This document shows, piece by piece, positions 27,306 to 35,711 of a stretch of 64,000 bases of DNA. Each line of letters opens with the position of its first letter. Within the stretch, counting starts at the first letter, position 1. A program made the position numbers and the translations under genes. Origin of the DNA: Podarcis tiliguerta. Lineage: Eukaryota. The stretch lies in NCBI GenBank assembly GCA_965153285.1, contig OZ229129.1; one strand, given 5' to 3'. Under the pieces are notes generated by a model. That model did no database searches and was not told where the DNA came from. It was given only the letters and a program-made list of their open reading frames with translations.

Positions 27306-27685
27306 TGTTGGGATATTTCCGTTCCACCTTAAAAAGGAGCAGGATGTTTGTGTCACAGCCTGCGTATTTCCTGTCTCACAGGATGTTTCTGTTGTGTCTT
27401 TTGCTTTCGTTTCCCTCTCACTGCCGGAACTCATCTCTAGCAGGCAGTCATGATTTTTCTTTGTTCTGATCAACACTGAATAAACCTCTAAATAATGCTC
27501 TCCTGTGTGCATCTTCCGTTGTGCAAATCTGCTGATAGAGTGTGCAAGAGCTCTGGATATTTGGCAAGCTATTTCTGGAGCTCCTGTCGCTAATTGCTGA
27601 TACTGCGTGTCTACGGGAGATTGATGGATGTCCGGAGACGACGTGGAGTCAAGATGGACTTTATCTCCCTGGCAGTATCTGAACA
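27306..27685 (+). repeat. 5' LTR of the Copia element
   Basis: TG...CA ends; AATAAA at 27479-27484; by eye it differs from the 3' LTR only at 27559 (A vs C) and 27672 (G vs A). Confidence 0.97.
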
Positions 27686-27688
27686 ACA

Positions 27689-27702
27689 GGTTATGGGCCC
27701 AG
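27689..27702 (+). promoter_or_regulatory. PBS complementary to the anticodon arm of tRNAi-Met (half-tRNA type)
   Basis: GGTTATGGGCCCAG lies 3 nt after the 5' LTR. It is the reverse complement of CUGGGCCCAUAACC in initiator tRNA-Met. There is no TGG (CCA-end) PBS. Confidence 0.93.
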
Positions 27703-27919
27703 ATAAACAGCACTTACAGGAGAGTAAGACTGTGACAGACTGCTGAGGTATGTGGGGAAAAGCGAAAGTAAGGCTTTTCGTTGCCGCGGCAAAGTGCCTT
27801 TGATGCCCGGCTGGCTTAATTGGCCTGAGAGTCAAGCCAAAGGCTTCGTGATTTATGGGCAGCCAAGATAAGAAGCCTCTGAAGTTGAAAAGGGCTCACA
27901 GTTGAAGTGAAAAGCTAAA

Positions 27920-30900
27920 ATGGATCTTTTTCAAGCTGCTTCTGAAGCTGCTGAGTGCCCTAAGCTAAATGGCCGCAACTTTCAGACCTGGGCAGGGTAC
28001 TGTGAGGGCCAGATGAGGAGGCTTGGTGTGTGGAATGCTATTACTGAGGACCCCCCAGCCCCTGTGACAGATGATTGGAGGGCACAGGATTCAAGAGCCA
28101 TGGGGATAATTTTGCTCTCAGTAGCTCCTGAAGAGTTAATCACCCTGGATGGCAAGGCCAGTGCCCGTGAGATGTGGAATGCTTTGAAGCTGGCCCATCT
28201 GCCAGTCAACTCAGCCCAGAGTTTGACTGCATCGGAGGTCCTGGCTGTTTCCCGGAATGCAAGTCAATGCAGGGATGCCGTGGGCGCCGGTTGCAAGCTG
28301 CAGGGGGAGCTGACTGTGGTGTCATCCCAAGCAGCATTCCAGCCTCCAGGGGGAGCCAAGGAGTCGGCAGATGAGAGCTCTGTTTCTCGTGGGAACCAAG
28401 GTCATCGCCTCTGCAGACGTCGGAAGGCCAGAGGTAAACAGAGACAGATGCCTGTAGATGGACAGAAGCAGAAGGGGGGTGAAGAGCCCACGCCAGTGGA
28501 AAACAAGGCTTTGTTTGCTGGCACAGCTTCACCAAAGGCTAAAGGCAAGTCTGATGGCCAGGAGCAGGAGGGCAAGCAGTTTAAGCCCACGCCGGTGGAA
28601 AACAAGGTTTTGCTTGCCAGAAAAGCTGCTCCAAAGGCCAAGTCCCGATTTATTGTTGATTCTGCTGCTACCTGCCATCTCACGAAAGATAAGCATCTCT
28701 TTATCTCCTTCAAACCTCAAGATGGTGAGGTCCACCTGGCTGACGGAAGGACGTTGCAGATCGCAGGAGAAGGGACTGTGAAACTTGCAAGTCTGCATAC
28801 TACCATCAGAAATGTACTTTATGTTCCAGGTGCTGTGAACAATTTGCTCAGTGTCCCACAGCTGATTGGGCGTGGTTTTGAGGTTTCCTTCAAGAGGAAC
28901 GTCTGTGTCATCAGGAAAGGCAAAGAGGACATTTTGCATGCAAAGTTTATAGATGGCTTGTTCTGTATAACTTATGATGACAATGCTGTTGCTGTGTCTA
29001 ATGTTGATTCTTGTTGTGTTGCACAAACTAACAAGGTTCTTCATGCAGGATGTGTTCATGAAGCACACAGAAGATTTTGTCACATGTCTTGGCAGGCGCT
29101 GGCCAAGATGCCTGAATTGGTTGAGGGTTTGAACATCAAACCCTGTAAGTTTCACATGAAATGTGTATCTTGTGCAGAGAACAAGGTGAAGGTTGCTCCA
29201 AAAGGCAAGGAGTCTAGCAGGCAGGCTTCCAAACCCTACCAGCTAGTTCACGCAGACCTGGTTGGTCCTCTTGCGCCCTCTTTGGGTGGAGCAAGGTACT
29301 TCATGGTTCTAATTGATTCTTTTTCCAGGTACATTCATGTGTTTATGCTTGAGCAGAAATCACAAGCGTTTCCTAGGTTCAAGGCATTCTGTGCTTGGTT
29401 GGAGAATGTTCACAGTAAACTTATCGGCTGTTTGTTTACTGATCGAGGCGAGCAATTCACTTCTCAGCAGTTTGAAGCTTTCCTGACTGAGAAGGGAATT
29501 CAGCATAGCCTCTCAAGTCCTGGATCCCCATGGGAGGTTAATGAGCAAGCAAAGCAAACATTGCTTCAACGCATGAAAACCTTGTTGCATGATGCCAATC
29601 TCCCTGAGAAGTTTTGGGGGGAGTCTCTGTCGACGTATGTTTACACGTGTAATTGCAGACTGTCATCACCTATTGGTTGTACTCCCTACGAGAAGATGTT
29701 TGGTAAGAAACCAAATGTCAAGCACATGAGAATCTTTGGTTCTGACATGTGGGTACACACCCCACAAAGCAACAAGCTTGGGAAGCGTGGGGCACATGGT
29801 TTGTTCATGGGGTACGACAAAGGAGCATACAGGGTATGGATGACTGACTCTAAGTCCATTAAGTTCACAAGGAGTGTTGAGTACAATCCTAAGTGGGGGG
29901 AAAATGTGGGAATTTTCCAGAGTTACCCAGAGGAGGATGAAGGTGATGTGAAAAAAGCAGGTGATGCTAAGGAAGCTGAGGAAGCTGATGATGATGATGA
30001 TGATGATGATGATCAGAGTTCGGATTCCAGTTCAGTGGGTGGCGCTGCTGCTGGTGTGAGTGACAGTGATGACACAGCAGACTACAAGAGCACAAAGGCC
30101 TCAGTCAGACCATCTGATGTGTCTGACAATGAACTGGAAGAACCACTGTTCACCATTGGTCGTTTTTCTCCCAAGAAGGAGGAGATGAGTCCAGAAGACT
30201 TGCGTCTAGTACGCAGATCTGAAAGGGCGACCAAGGGCAGACCTCCAAAGAGATTTGCTGATGAGTTTGCTAAAACGGCAACTGCTGTTCTTAGTAGCTC
30301 AGAGACGGTATGGGAACCTTCAAGCTTCAAAGAGGTTCAGGAGTTAACCTCTAAAGATGCTGAGCCTTGGCTTGATGCCATGAAGGCTGAAGTTGATTCC
30401 TTGAACAGGAACCAAACTTGGGAATTGGTACCGGTAGTCCCAGGAATGAGACTGGTTGGCAGCAAATGGGTCTTCAAGGCCAAGACAGACCAGAATGGCA
30501 AGGTTGTCAGACACAAAGCCAGATTGGTTGCCAGAGGTTTTTCACAGGTACCAGGACAGGATTACCACGAGACCTACTCACCCACCGTCAAATATGAGAG
30601 CATTCGACTGATGCTCAAGATTGCTTCGGAGGAGAAACTGCATGTTTCCCATCATGACATTAATACAGCTTTTTTGTACGGGAATTTGGCGGAGGAGCTG
30701 TATATGCTTCCACCTGATGGAATGCAGATACAGAAGGGAATGGTCTGTAAACTGCGGAAATCCTTATATGGTCTCAAGCAGAGTGCCAGGTGTTGGAACA
30801 CAAAACTCACTGAGACGTTGCTTTCTCTAGGTTTTCACCAGGGCAAAGCTGATCCGTGTGTGTTTGTCAAGGAGGAGGGGCAAAACAAACTGTATTGTTT

Positions 30901-31846
30901 ATGTTTTGTTGATGATCTTCTGATGTTCTGGAAGAATCAGGCTTTGTACCAAAGCACCCTAGCTCAGCTGAAGGAGCACTTTGACATGAAGGATCTTGGT
31001 GAGGTATCCAACTATCTTTCTCTGCAGGTGGAGAGGGACAAAGCAGGTAATTTTCTGGTTCACCAAACGCAGAAAATTGCTGACGTATTAACCAGGTTGA
31101 ATTTGGTTGATGCAAACCCAGCAGACACACCGATGGTGACAGGTTACCAGGTAGATAGTACTGCTGAAGCATTTTCTGACACAACGCTGTACAGATGCAT
31201 TCTAGGCAAGTTGAATTTCATTGCTAGATGCTCAAGACCTGACATAGCTGTAAGCACTAACCTGCTTAGCAGACATGCTAATAATCCTACTGTTCAGGAT
31301 TGGAAAGCTCTGAAGCGCATAGCCCGCTATTTGAAAGGGACTATGCACTACAGGCTGAGGTTCACCAGTCAGAAGACTGGAGGTCTTGAAATCTTTGCTG
31401 ATGCAAGTTTTGGAAGTGACACCACGGATGGTACAAGCACTTCTGGAGTATGCTACATGTACAACCACTGTCTGTTTGACTGGCTGTGCAGGAAGCAGAT
31501 GACAGTGAGCCTAAGTTCCTGTGAAGCAGAACTCAATGCTCTGTCATTTTCACTCATGGATTGTGAATGGTTGATGCAACTGTTTAAGGACATCAGGGTT
31601 TCTGTGAAATGTCCTATACAAGTGTATCAAGACAATAGATCCTGTTTGGCTTTGCTGAACTCAGAGAGTTGCAAGCAAAGAACCAAGTACTTGCAGATTA
31701 AGCTACATCGTGCAAGAGAGTGTATTCAGAAAGGACTCATTCAGGTGACCTACATGCCAGGAAATGAAATTCCTGCTGATCTGTTGTCGAAGGTTGTTAA
31801 CAGAGAACAACTTAAGGTTTATGTACAAAGGTTGCAATTGGGTTGA
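27920..31846 (+). CDS. Copia Gag-Pol polyprotein, 1308 aa, uninterrupted
   Basis: Gag KLNGRNFQTW...AREMWNAL; protease FIVDSAATCH; integrase HEAHRRFCH...CVSC, VHADLVGP, FTDRGEQF; RT KWVFKAK, KARLVARGFSQ, DINTAFLYG, LRKSLYGLKQSARCWN, FVDD; RNase H FADASF, SSCEAE, YQDN, ADLLSK. Confidence 0.96.
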   Translation: MDLFQAASEAAECPKLNGRNFQTWAGYCEGQMRRLGVWNAITEDPPAPVTDDWRAQDSRAMGIILLSVAPEELITLDGKASAREMWNALKLAHLPVNSAQSLTASEVLAVSRNASQCRDAVGAGCKLQGELTVVSSQAAFQPPGGAKESADESSVSRGNQGHRLCRRRKARGKQRQMPVDGQKQKGGEEPTPVENKALFAGTASPKAKGKSDGQEQEGKQFKPTPVENKVLLARKAAPKAKSRFIVDSAATCHLTKDKHLFISFKPQDGEVHLADGRTLQIAGEGTVKLASLHTTIRNVLYVPGAVNNLLSVPQLIGRGFEVSFKRNVCVIRKGKEDILHAKFIDGLFCITYDDNAVAVSNVDSCCVAQTNKVLHAGCVHEAHRRFCHMSWQALAKMPELVEGLNIKPCKFHMKCVSCAENKVKVAPKGKESSRQASKPYQLVHADLVGPLAPSLGGARYFMVLIDSFSRYIHVFMLEQKSQAFPRFKAFCAWLENVHSKLIGCLFTDRGEQFTSQQFEAFLTEKGIQHSLSSPGSPWEVNEQAKQTLLQRMKTLLHDANLPEKFWGESLSTYVYTCNCRLSSPIGCTPYEKMFGKKPNVKHMRIFGSDMWVHTPQSNKLGKRGAHGLFMGYDKGAYRVWMTDSKSIKFTRSVEYNPKWGENVGIFQSYPEEDEGDVKKAGDAKEAEEADDDDDDDDDQSSDSSSVGGAAAGVSDSDDTADYKSTKASVRPSDVSDNELEEPLFTIGRFSPKKEEMSPEDLRLVRRSERATKGRPPKRFADEFAKTATAVLSSSETVWEPSSFKEVQELTSKDAEPWLDAMKAEVDSLNRNQTWELVPVVPGMRLVGSKWVFKAKTDQNGKVVRHKARLVARGFSQVPGQDYHETYSPTVKYESIRLMLKIASEEKLHVSHHDINTAFLYGNLAEELYMLPPDGMQIQKGMVCKLRKSLYGLKQSARCWNTKLTETLLSLGFHQGKADPCVFVKEEGQNKLYCLCFVDDLLMFWKNQALYQSTLAQLKEHFDMKDLGEVSNYLSLQVERDKAGNFLVHQTQKIADVLTRLNLVDANPADTPMVTGYQVDSTAEAFSDTTLYRCILGKLNFIARCSRPDIAVSTNLLSRHANNPTVQDWKALKRIARYLKGTMHYRLRFTSQKTGGLEIFADASFGSDTTDGTSTSGVCYMYNHCLFDWLCRKQMTVSLSSCEAELNALSFSLMDCEWLMQLFKDIRVSVKCPIQVYQDNRSCLALLNSESCKQRTKYLQIKLHRARECIQKGLIQVTYMPGNEIPADLLSKVVNREQLKVYVQRLQLG

Positions 31847-31869
31847 ACCACAGGTACTACAGGTTACAC

Positions 31870-31883
31870 GGAAAGGGGGAGGA
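31870..31883 (+). promoter_or_regulatory. Polypurine tract (plus-strand primer)
   Basis: GGAAAGGGGGAGGA directly abuts the 3' LTR. Confidence 0.93.
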
Positions 31884-32263
31884 TGTTGGGATATTTCCGT
31901 TCCACCTTAAAAAGGAGCAGGATGTTTGTGTCACAGCCTGCGTATTTCCTGTCTCACAGGATGTTTCTGTTGTGTCTTTTGCTTTCGTTTCCCTCTCACT
32001 GCCGGAACTCATCTCTAGCAGGCAGTCATGATTTTTCTTTGTTCTGATCAACACTGAATAAACCTCTAAATAATGCTCTCCTGTGTGCATCTTCCGTTGT
32101 GCAAATCTGCTGATAGAGTGTGCAAGAGCTCTGGATCTTTGGCAAGCTATTTCTGGAGCTCCTGTCGCTAATTGCTGATACTGCGTGTCTACGGGAGATT
32201 GATGGATGTCCGGAGACGACGTGGAGTCAAGATGGACTTTATCTCCCTGACAGTATCTGAACA
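31884..32263 (+). repeat. 3' LTR of the Copia element
   Basis: Direct repeat of 27306-27685; AATAAA at 32057-32062; followed by the TAACT TSD. Confidence 0.97.
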
Positions 32264-32339
32264 TAACTGTGTCAATGTTTGAACAAAATCTATTGTTGGT
32301 TTCACATATGTTAATTCATAAGTTTATTCGATCTTGTTC

Positions 32340-32930
32340 ATTTCATCCATAGGCTGGGGGGGGGGATCCAGTCTTCCAGGCCTCTCTTTATGGACCTCAG
32401 GACTTTTCCTAGATTACACCACTGTGTCCCCCATGATATTCTTGCATAGAAGCTCCTGGCAGTGATCTTGAGTAAGGTGATCCCACTCGGTGCCTCTGCA
32501 GAGAAACTGTACGGCTGGTTCAGCCCTACAACTGAGATCACCTGGAAGGCCTCAGCCAATACACCCCATGCCATCATCCACCTCCAGGCATGCTTCAGGT
32601 GGCTGTGGAATTGACCCCACACAACTGCTGCCTGCTTCTGGTGACTCCAGGTGGGGTCAATGCCTTCCCCTCCCTTCCATCACTTTGCAGTCAAGAAGTG
32701 TCAGGGACTGACCATAGGAGGAATGATGGAGACTTCCGACAGGTATTCATGCCTTACAGAATTGAAGGCCTTGGCCTGGTCAAGGGAGAGGATGTATCTG
32801 GACCATCAGCCCTGCTTCACAACCTCCAACATCTCCCTAAAGGTGCACAAGAAGTCCATCATGTTTCTCCCTGGAATTTGTTTGTCTGACCCCAATGCAA
32901 CACATCACTGACCTTGTTCATGCATTGCAG
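32340..32930 (-). mobile_element. Degraded Tx1/L1-clade RT fragment
   Basis: The minus strand reads IPGRNMMD...ILSLDQAKAFNSVRHEYL, a variant of the SLDQxKAFD motif. Confidence 0.55.
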
Positions 32931-32957
32931 AAACAAATGAGCCTTCAGTTCTTGATG

Positions 32958-33350
32958 TCATAGAAGAGAATCATAGAATGATAGAATTGTAGTGTTGAAA
33001 AGGTCCCCAAGGCTCATCTACCCAAACCTCCTGCAATGCAGGAATCTCAGCTAAAGCATCAATGACAGATGATCACCCAACCGCTGCTTAAACACCTCCA
33101 AGGAATGAGAGCCCACAAATTCCCATGGGGGACAGTTCCACTGTTGAACAGCTCCTACTGTCAGAAAGTTCTTCCTGATGTTTATTTGGAATCTCCTTTC
33201 TTGTAATGTGAAGTCACATTTGAGTCTTACTCTCCACAGCATGAGAAAACAAGCTTTTTCCCTCCTCCATTTGATAGCCCTTGATATATTCGAAGATGGC
33301 TATTATATCTCCTCTCAGTCTCCTCTTTCCCAGGCTAAACATACCCAGCT
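32958..33350 (-). mobile_element. CR1 LINE 3' end, fused to the EIF2S3 retrocopy
   Basis: Encodes LGMFSLGKRRLRGDI and RFQINIRKNFLTVGAVQQWN; ends in an ATTCTATG-type tail. Confidence 0.88.
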
Positions 33351-34049
33351 AGAAAACAACTTTAATGTTGTATTTCAGCTGTGCCGAGACTGGTATAATT
33401 GGAGCTCCTTCTGCACTGGTATCCTGTTCAAAAGCTAGAATTTGCTCGTACTGCTCCTTGGCCTGGCTTTCTTTTACCAAATCAATCTTTTTCTGTAGAA
33501 TTAGAATGTGTTTCAGTTTCATGATCTCCATAGCAGCTAAGTGTTCTTAGGTCTGTGGCTGAGCATATGACTCATCGCCAGTTATTAACAGCAGAGCTGT
33601 GTCCATGACAGCTGCTCCGTTTAACATAGCAGCCATCAAGATATCATGGCCAGGACAATCCACGAAAGAGACATGCCTAACTAGTTTAAAATTCCTTTTG
33701 GTCCCAGAAGTATCTTTTGGGAATTTGTCAGGTATACTGCTCCCACAGGATTGGTAACATTCTGGCTGAGAACAACCTGGATAATGACGTTTGTAAATCT
33801 TAGCTTTGGCATAGCCCAGCTTGATAGTGATATTTCTCTCCAGTTCATTTTTGAATCAACAGTATGAACTTCAGAAATAGATTTTACTACTATAGACTTT
33901 CCATAAGCTACATGGTCAATTGTACCTATATTAATTGTAGCTTGCCTGCTGATGACTTCTGGTGACAGAGGTGTCAACTTATTTACTTAAAAGGCACTCA
34001 GGGAGAGGTGTGGCTGCTCCAGAGTCACTCCTGCCTCATCGCCTGCCAT
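33349..34049 (-). pseudogene. EIF2S3: Processed pseudogene of eIF2-gamma, 5' half only
   Basis: ATG at 34049: [103 protein letters not shown]...SAQLKYNI. It is intronless, with a frameshift near 33860, a stop at 33547-33549, and mutated G1 and G4 boxes. Confidence 0.93.
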
Positions 34050-35168
34050 CTTGAGGGAGTTGTCTTTGTCCTCAAGTCACTGTAGAAGAAAGGTGTGCAA
34101 ATGGGTCTCTTTGGGAGAAAACAGCCTCAGGCTGGATGCAGGTTAATGGAGTCTGTATGAGGAGAGAAAGACCTTTTATTTCAGGTCTGCTTGGTGTAAT
34201 TTTATATTACTAAGAAGCTGAACCTTTGCTTGGACATGCACATAATTTTATACTACTATAGTAATCTATGCTATTATAGGTTCATCTAACCACAATGGAC
34301 TCAGTTCATTCCTTTGTTGTATGTACCGCAGCTAAAGATGGTAGCAAAGACTCCACCTCGTAACTGCAAGACACCTCATACCTTTGCCTGCCTCCTCTGC
34401 CAACATGGCCTCTGGTGAAGGTGCCACCATGGACTCTGCCGAAGCCACCACTCCTGGCACAATCTCCTCCTCTGTGGCCTCCACCACCACCACCACCACC
34501 ACCACCAATGCAGCCTTTGCCAAAGCCACTACTGCAGGAACAATTTCTGCTGAAGCTGCCAGTGTGGCATCTGTTGAAGCTGCTGCTGTTGGTGCGTACT
34601 TCCGGAAGCCAGCTTCCAGAAGTGCTACAATGGAAGGAGGAGAAAAGTGGTGACACACAGAGGCAAATGTGGGTTTTGCTTCAATTTGTGGTCCCATCCC
34701 AAGCTCTTGTACGAGCCAACTGATTTGCCCCACAGGGTGGGACGAAAAAATGTGCTTACTTTGGTCCCACACTCTGGTGCTGCCAGAGCCCAGGAGCCAA
34801 AATGGGACATTTGGGATTGGAATCAGAAACTGGAATGGCTTCTGTCAATCCAGGATATCCCGCTTAAAATGGGACAGTTGTGTCACATATCTTCCAGTGG
34901 TGGCTGATGTCTGTTGGGACTGGTATGGCAGAAGGCAGGGAGGTCAACCATAAGTGGAGCCAGAGCCAATGACAGACAAATCCAACTAATCCTAGCTTTG
35001 TTCTCACCCTCCTTCCCGCAGAGTTTTACAAGGGCAACTGAGACAAAATGCGAGGAACCTGACACATAGTGCCTGTCCTGGCCCTTGTTGCCAGGCAAAG
35101 AACTTGAACTCCCAACTCAGCTTCTGCCAAAGGCTTTAAAACATAAATCAGAGTGGTACATAAAGAAG

Positions 35169-35711
35169 TGTCAGGGCTGGACTCAGATGCAGTTCAGCAT
35201 GAAAGAAGCAGAGCTCTGTTATCAGTGAAGTTAACTCTTTATTCAAGGAAACTACATACAACTCAGCAACACTTCCCAGCAGGTCTTGCCCCTATGGAGC
35301 AGTTGCCAGGACTGAAGGTTTCTGCCTTCCATCCTTTCTAAGGCTCCTCCTCTCCTGGATGTTTCCCAAGCAGTCTCAAACTGCATATGTGCACTCCTGG
35401 CCTGCTCTTATTATTCTGGGCATTTACGGAGAGCAAGGGGGAGGGGAGCTTGTCGCAGCAGGAGAGGTATATTCCCTGAATTCTTCAGCAGTTTCTTGAC
35501 ACACACACACACACACACACACACCCTGCTTCAGCCTTGGAGTCTGAACTGCTCCCTGTCACAGGCTCTTCTTGCTCACTAAACCCTGTAGCCTCTTCAG
35601 CATCCAGCACCACCAATTCCCTAGCTCTTCCTCTTCCTCTTCGGGGTTTCCCTTGGGAGATCCCTGACTGGTGCCTCCCACCACTCCTTTTTGTCCAGTC
35701 GGTCCCTGACA
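35169..35711 (-). mobile_element. Putative solo LTR
   Basis: TGTCAGGG...CCCTGACA inverted termini; minus-strand AATAAA at about 35240; TSD only partial. Confidence 0.5.

Larger units (their letters stand above)
27306..32263 (+). mobile_element. Full-length Ty1/Copia LTR retrotransposon (4958 bp), recent insertion
   Basis: Two 380-bp TGTTG...GAACA LTRs, a perfect 5-bp TSD TAACT (27301-27305 and 32264-32268), a PBS, a PPT, and one ORF with Copia domain order gag-PR-IN-RT-RH. Confidence 0.98.

Noticed and set aside
27252-27713. Antisense ORF running through the LTR, repeated at 31857-32264
   Set aside because: It appears twice only because the LTRs are near-identical. It has no recognisable domain or good start codon.
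31843-32031. env-like ORF after pol
   Set aside because: It is 62 aa, lies almost entirely within the LTR and has no envelope features.
33349-34049. Functional EIF2S3 retrogene
   Set aside because: It has a frameshift, internal stops and mutated GTPase motifs, and it lacks the C-terminal half.
34306-34772. Ala/Thr-rich, poly-Pro and poly-Gly ORFs on both strands
   Set aside because: These arise from a (CCA)n microsatellite and low-complexity sequence. There is no splice or homology support.
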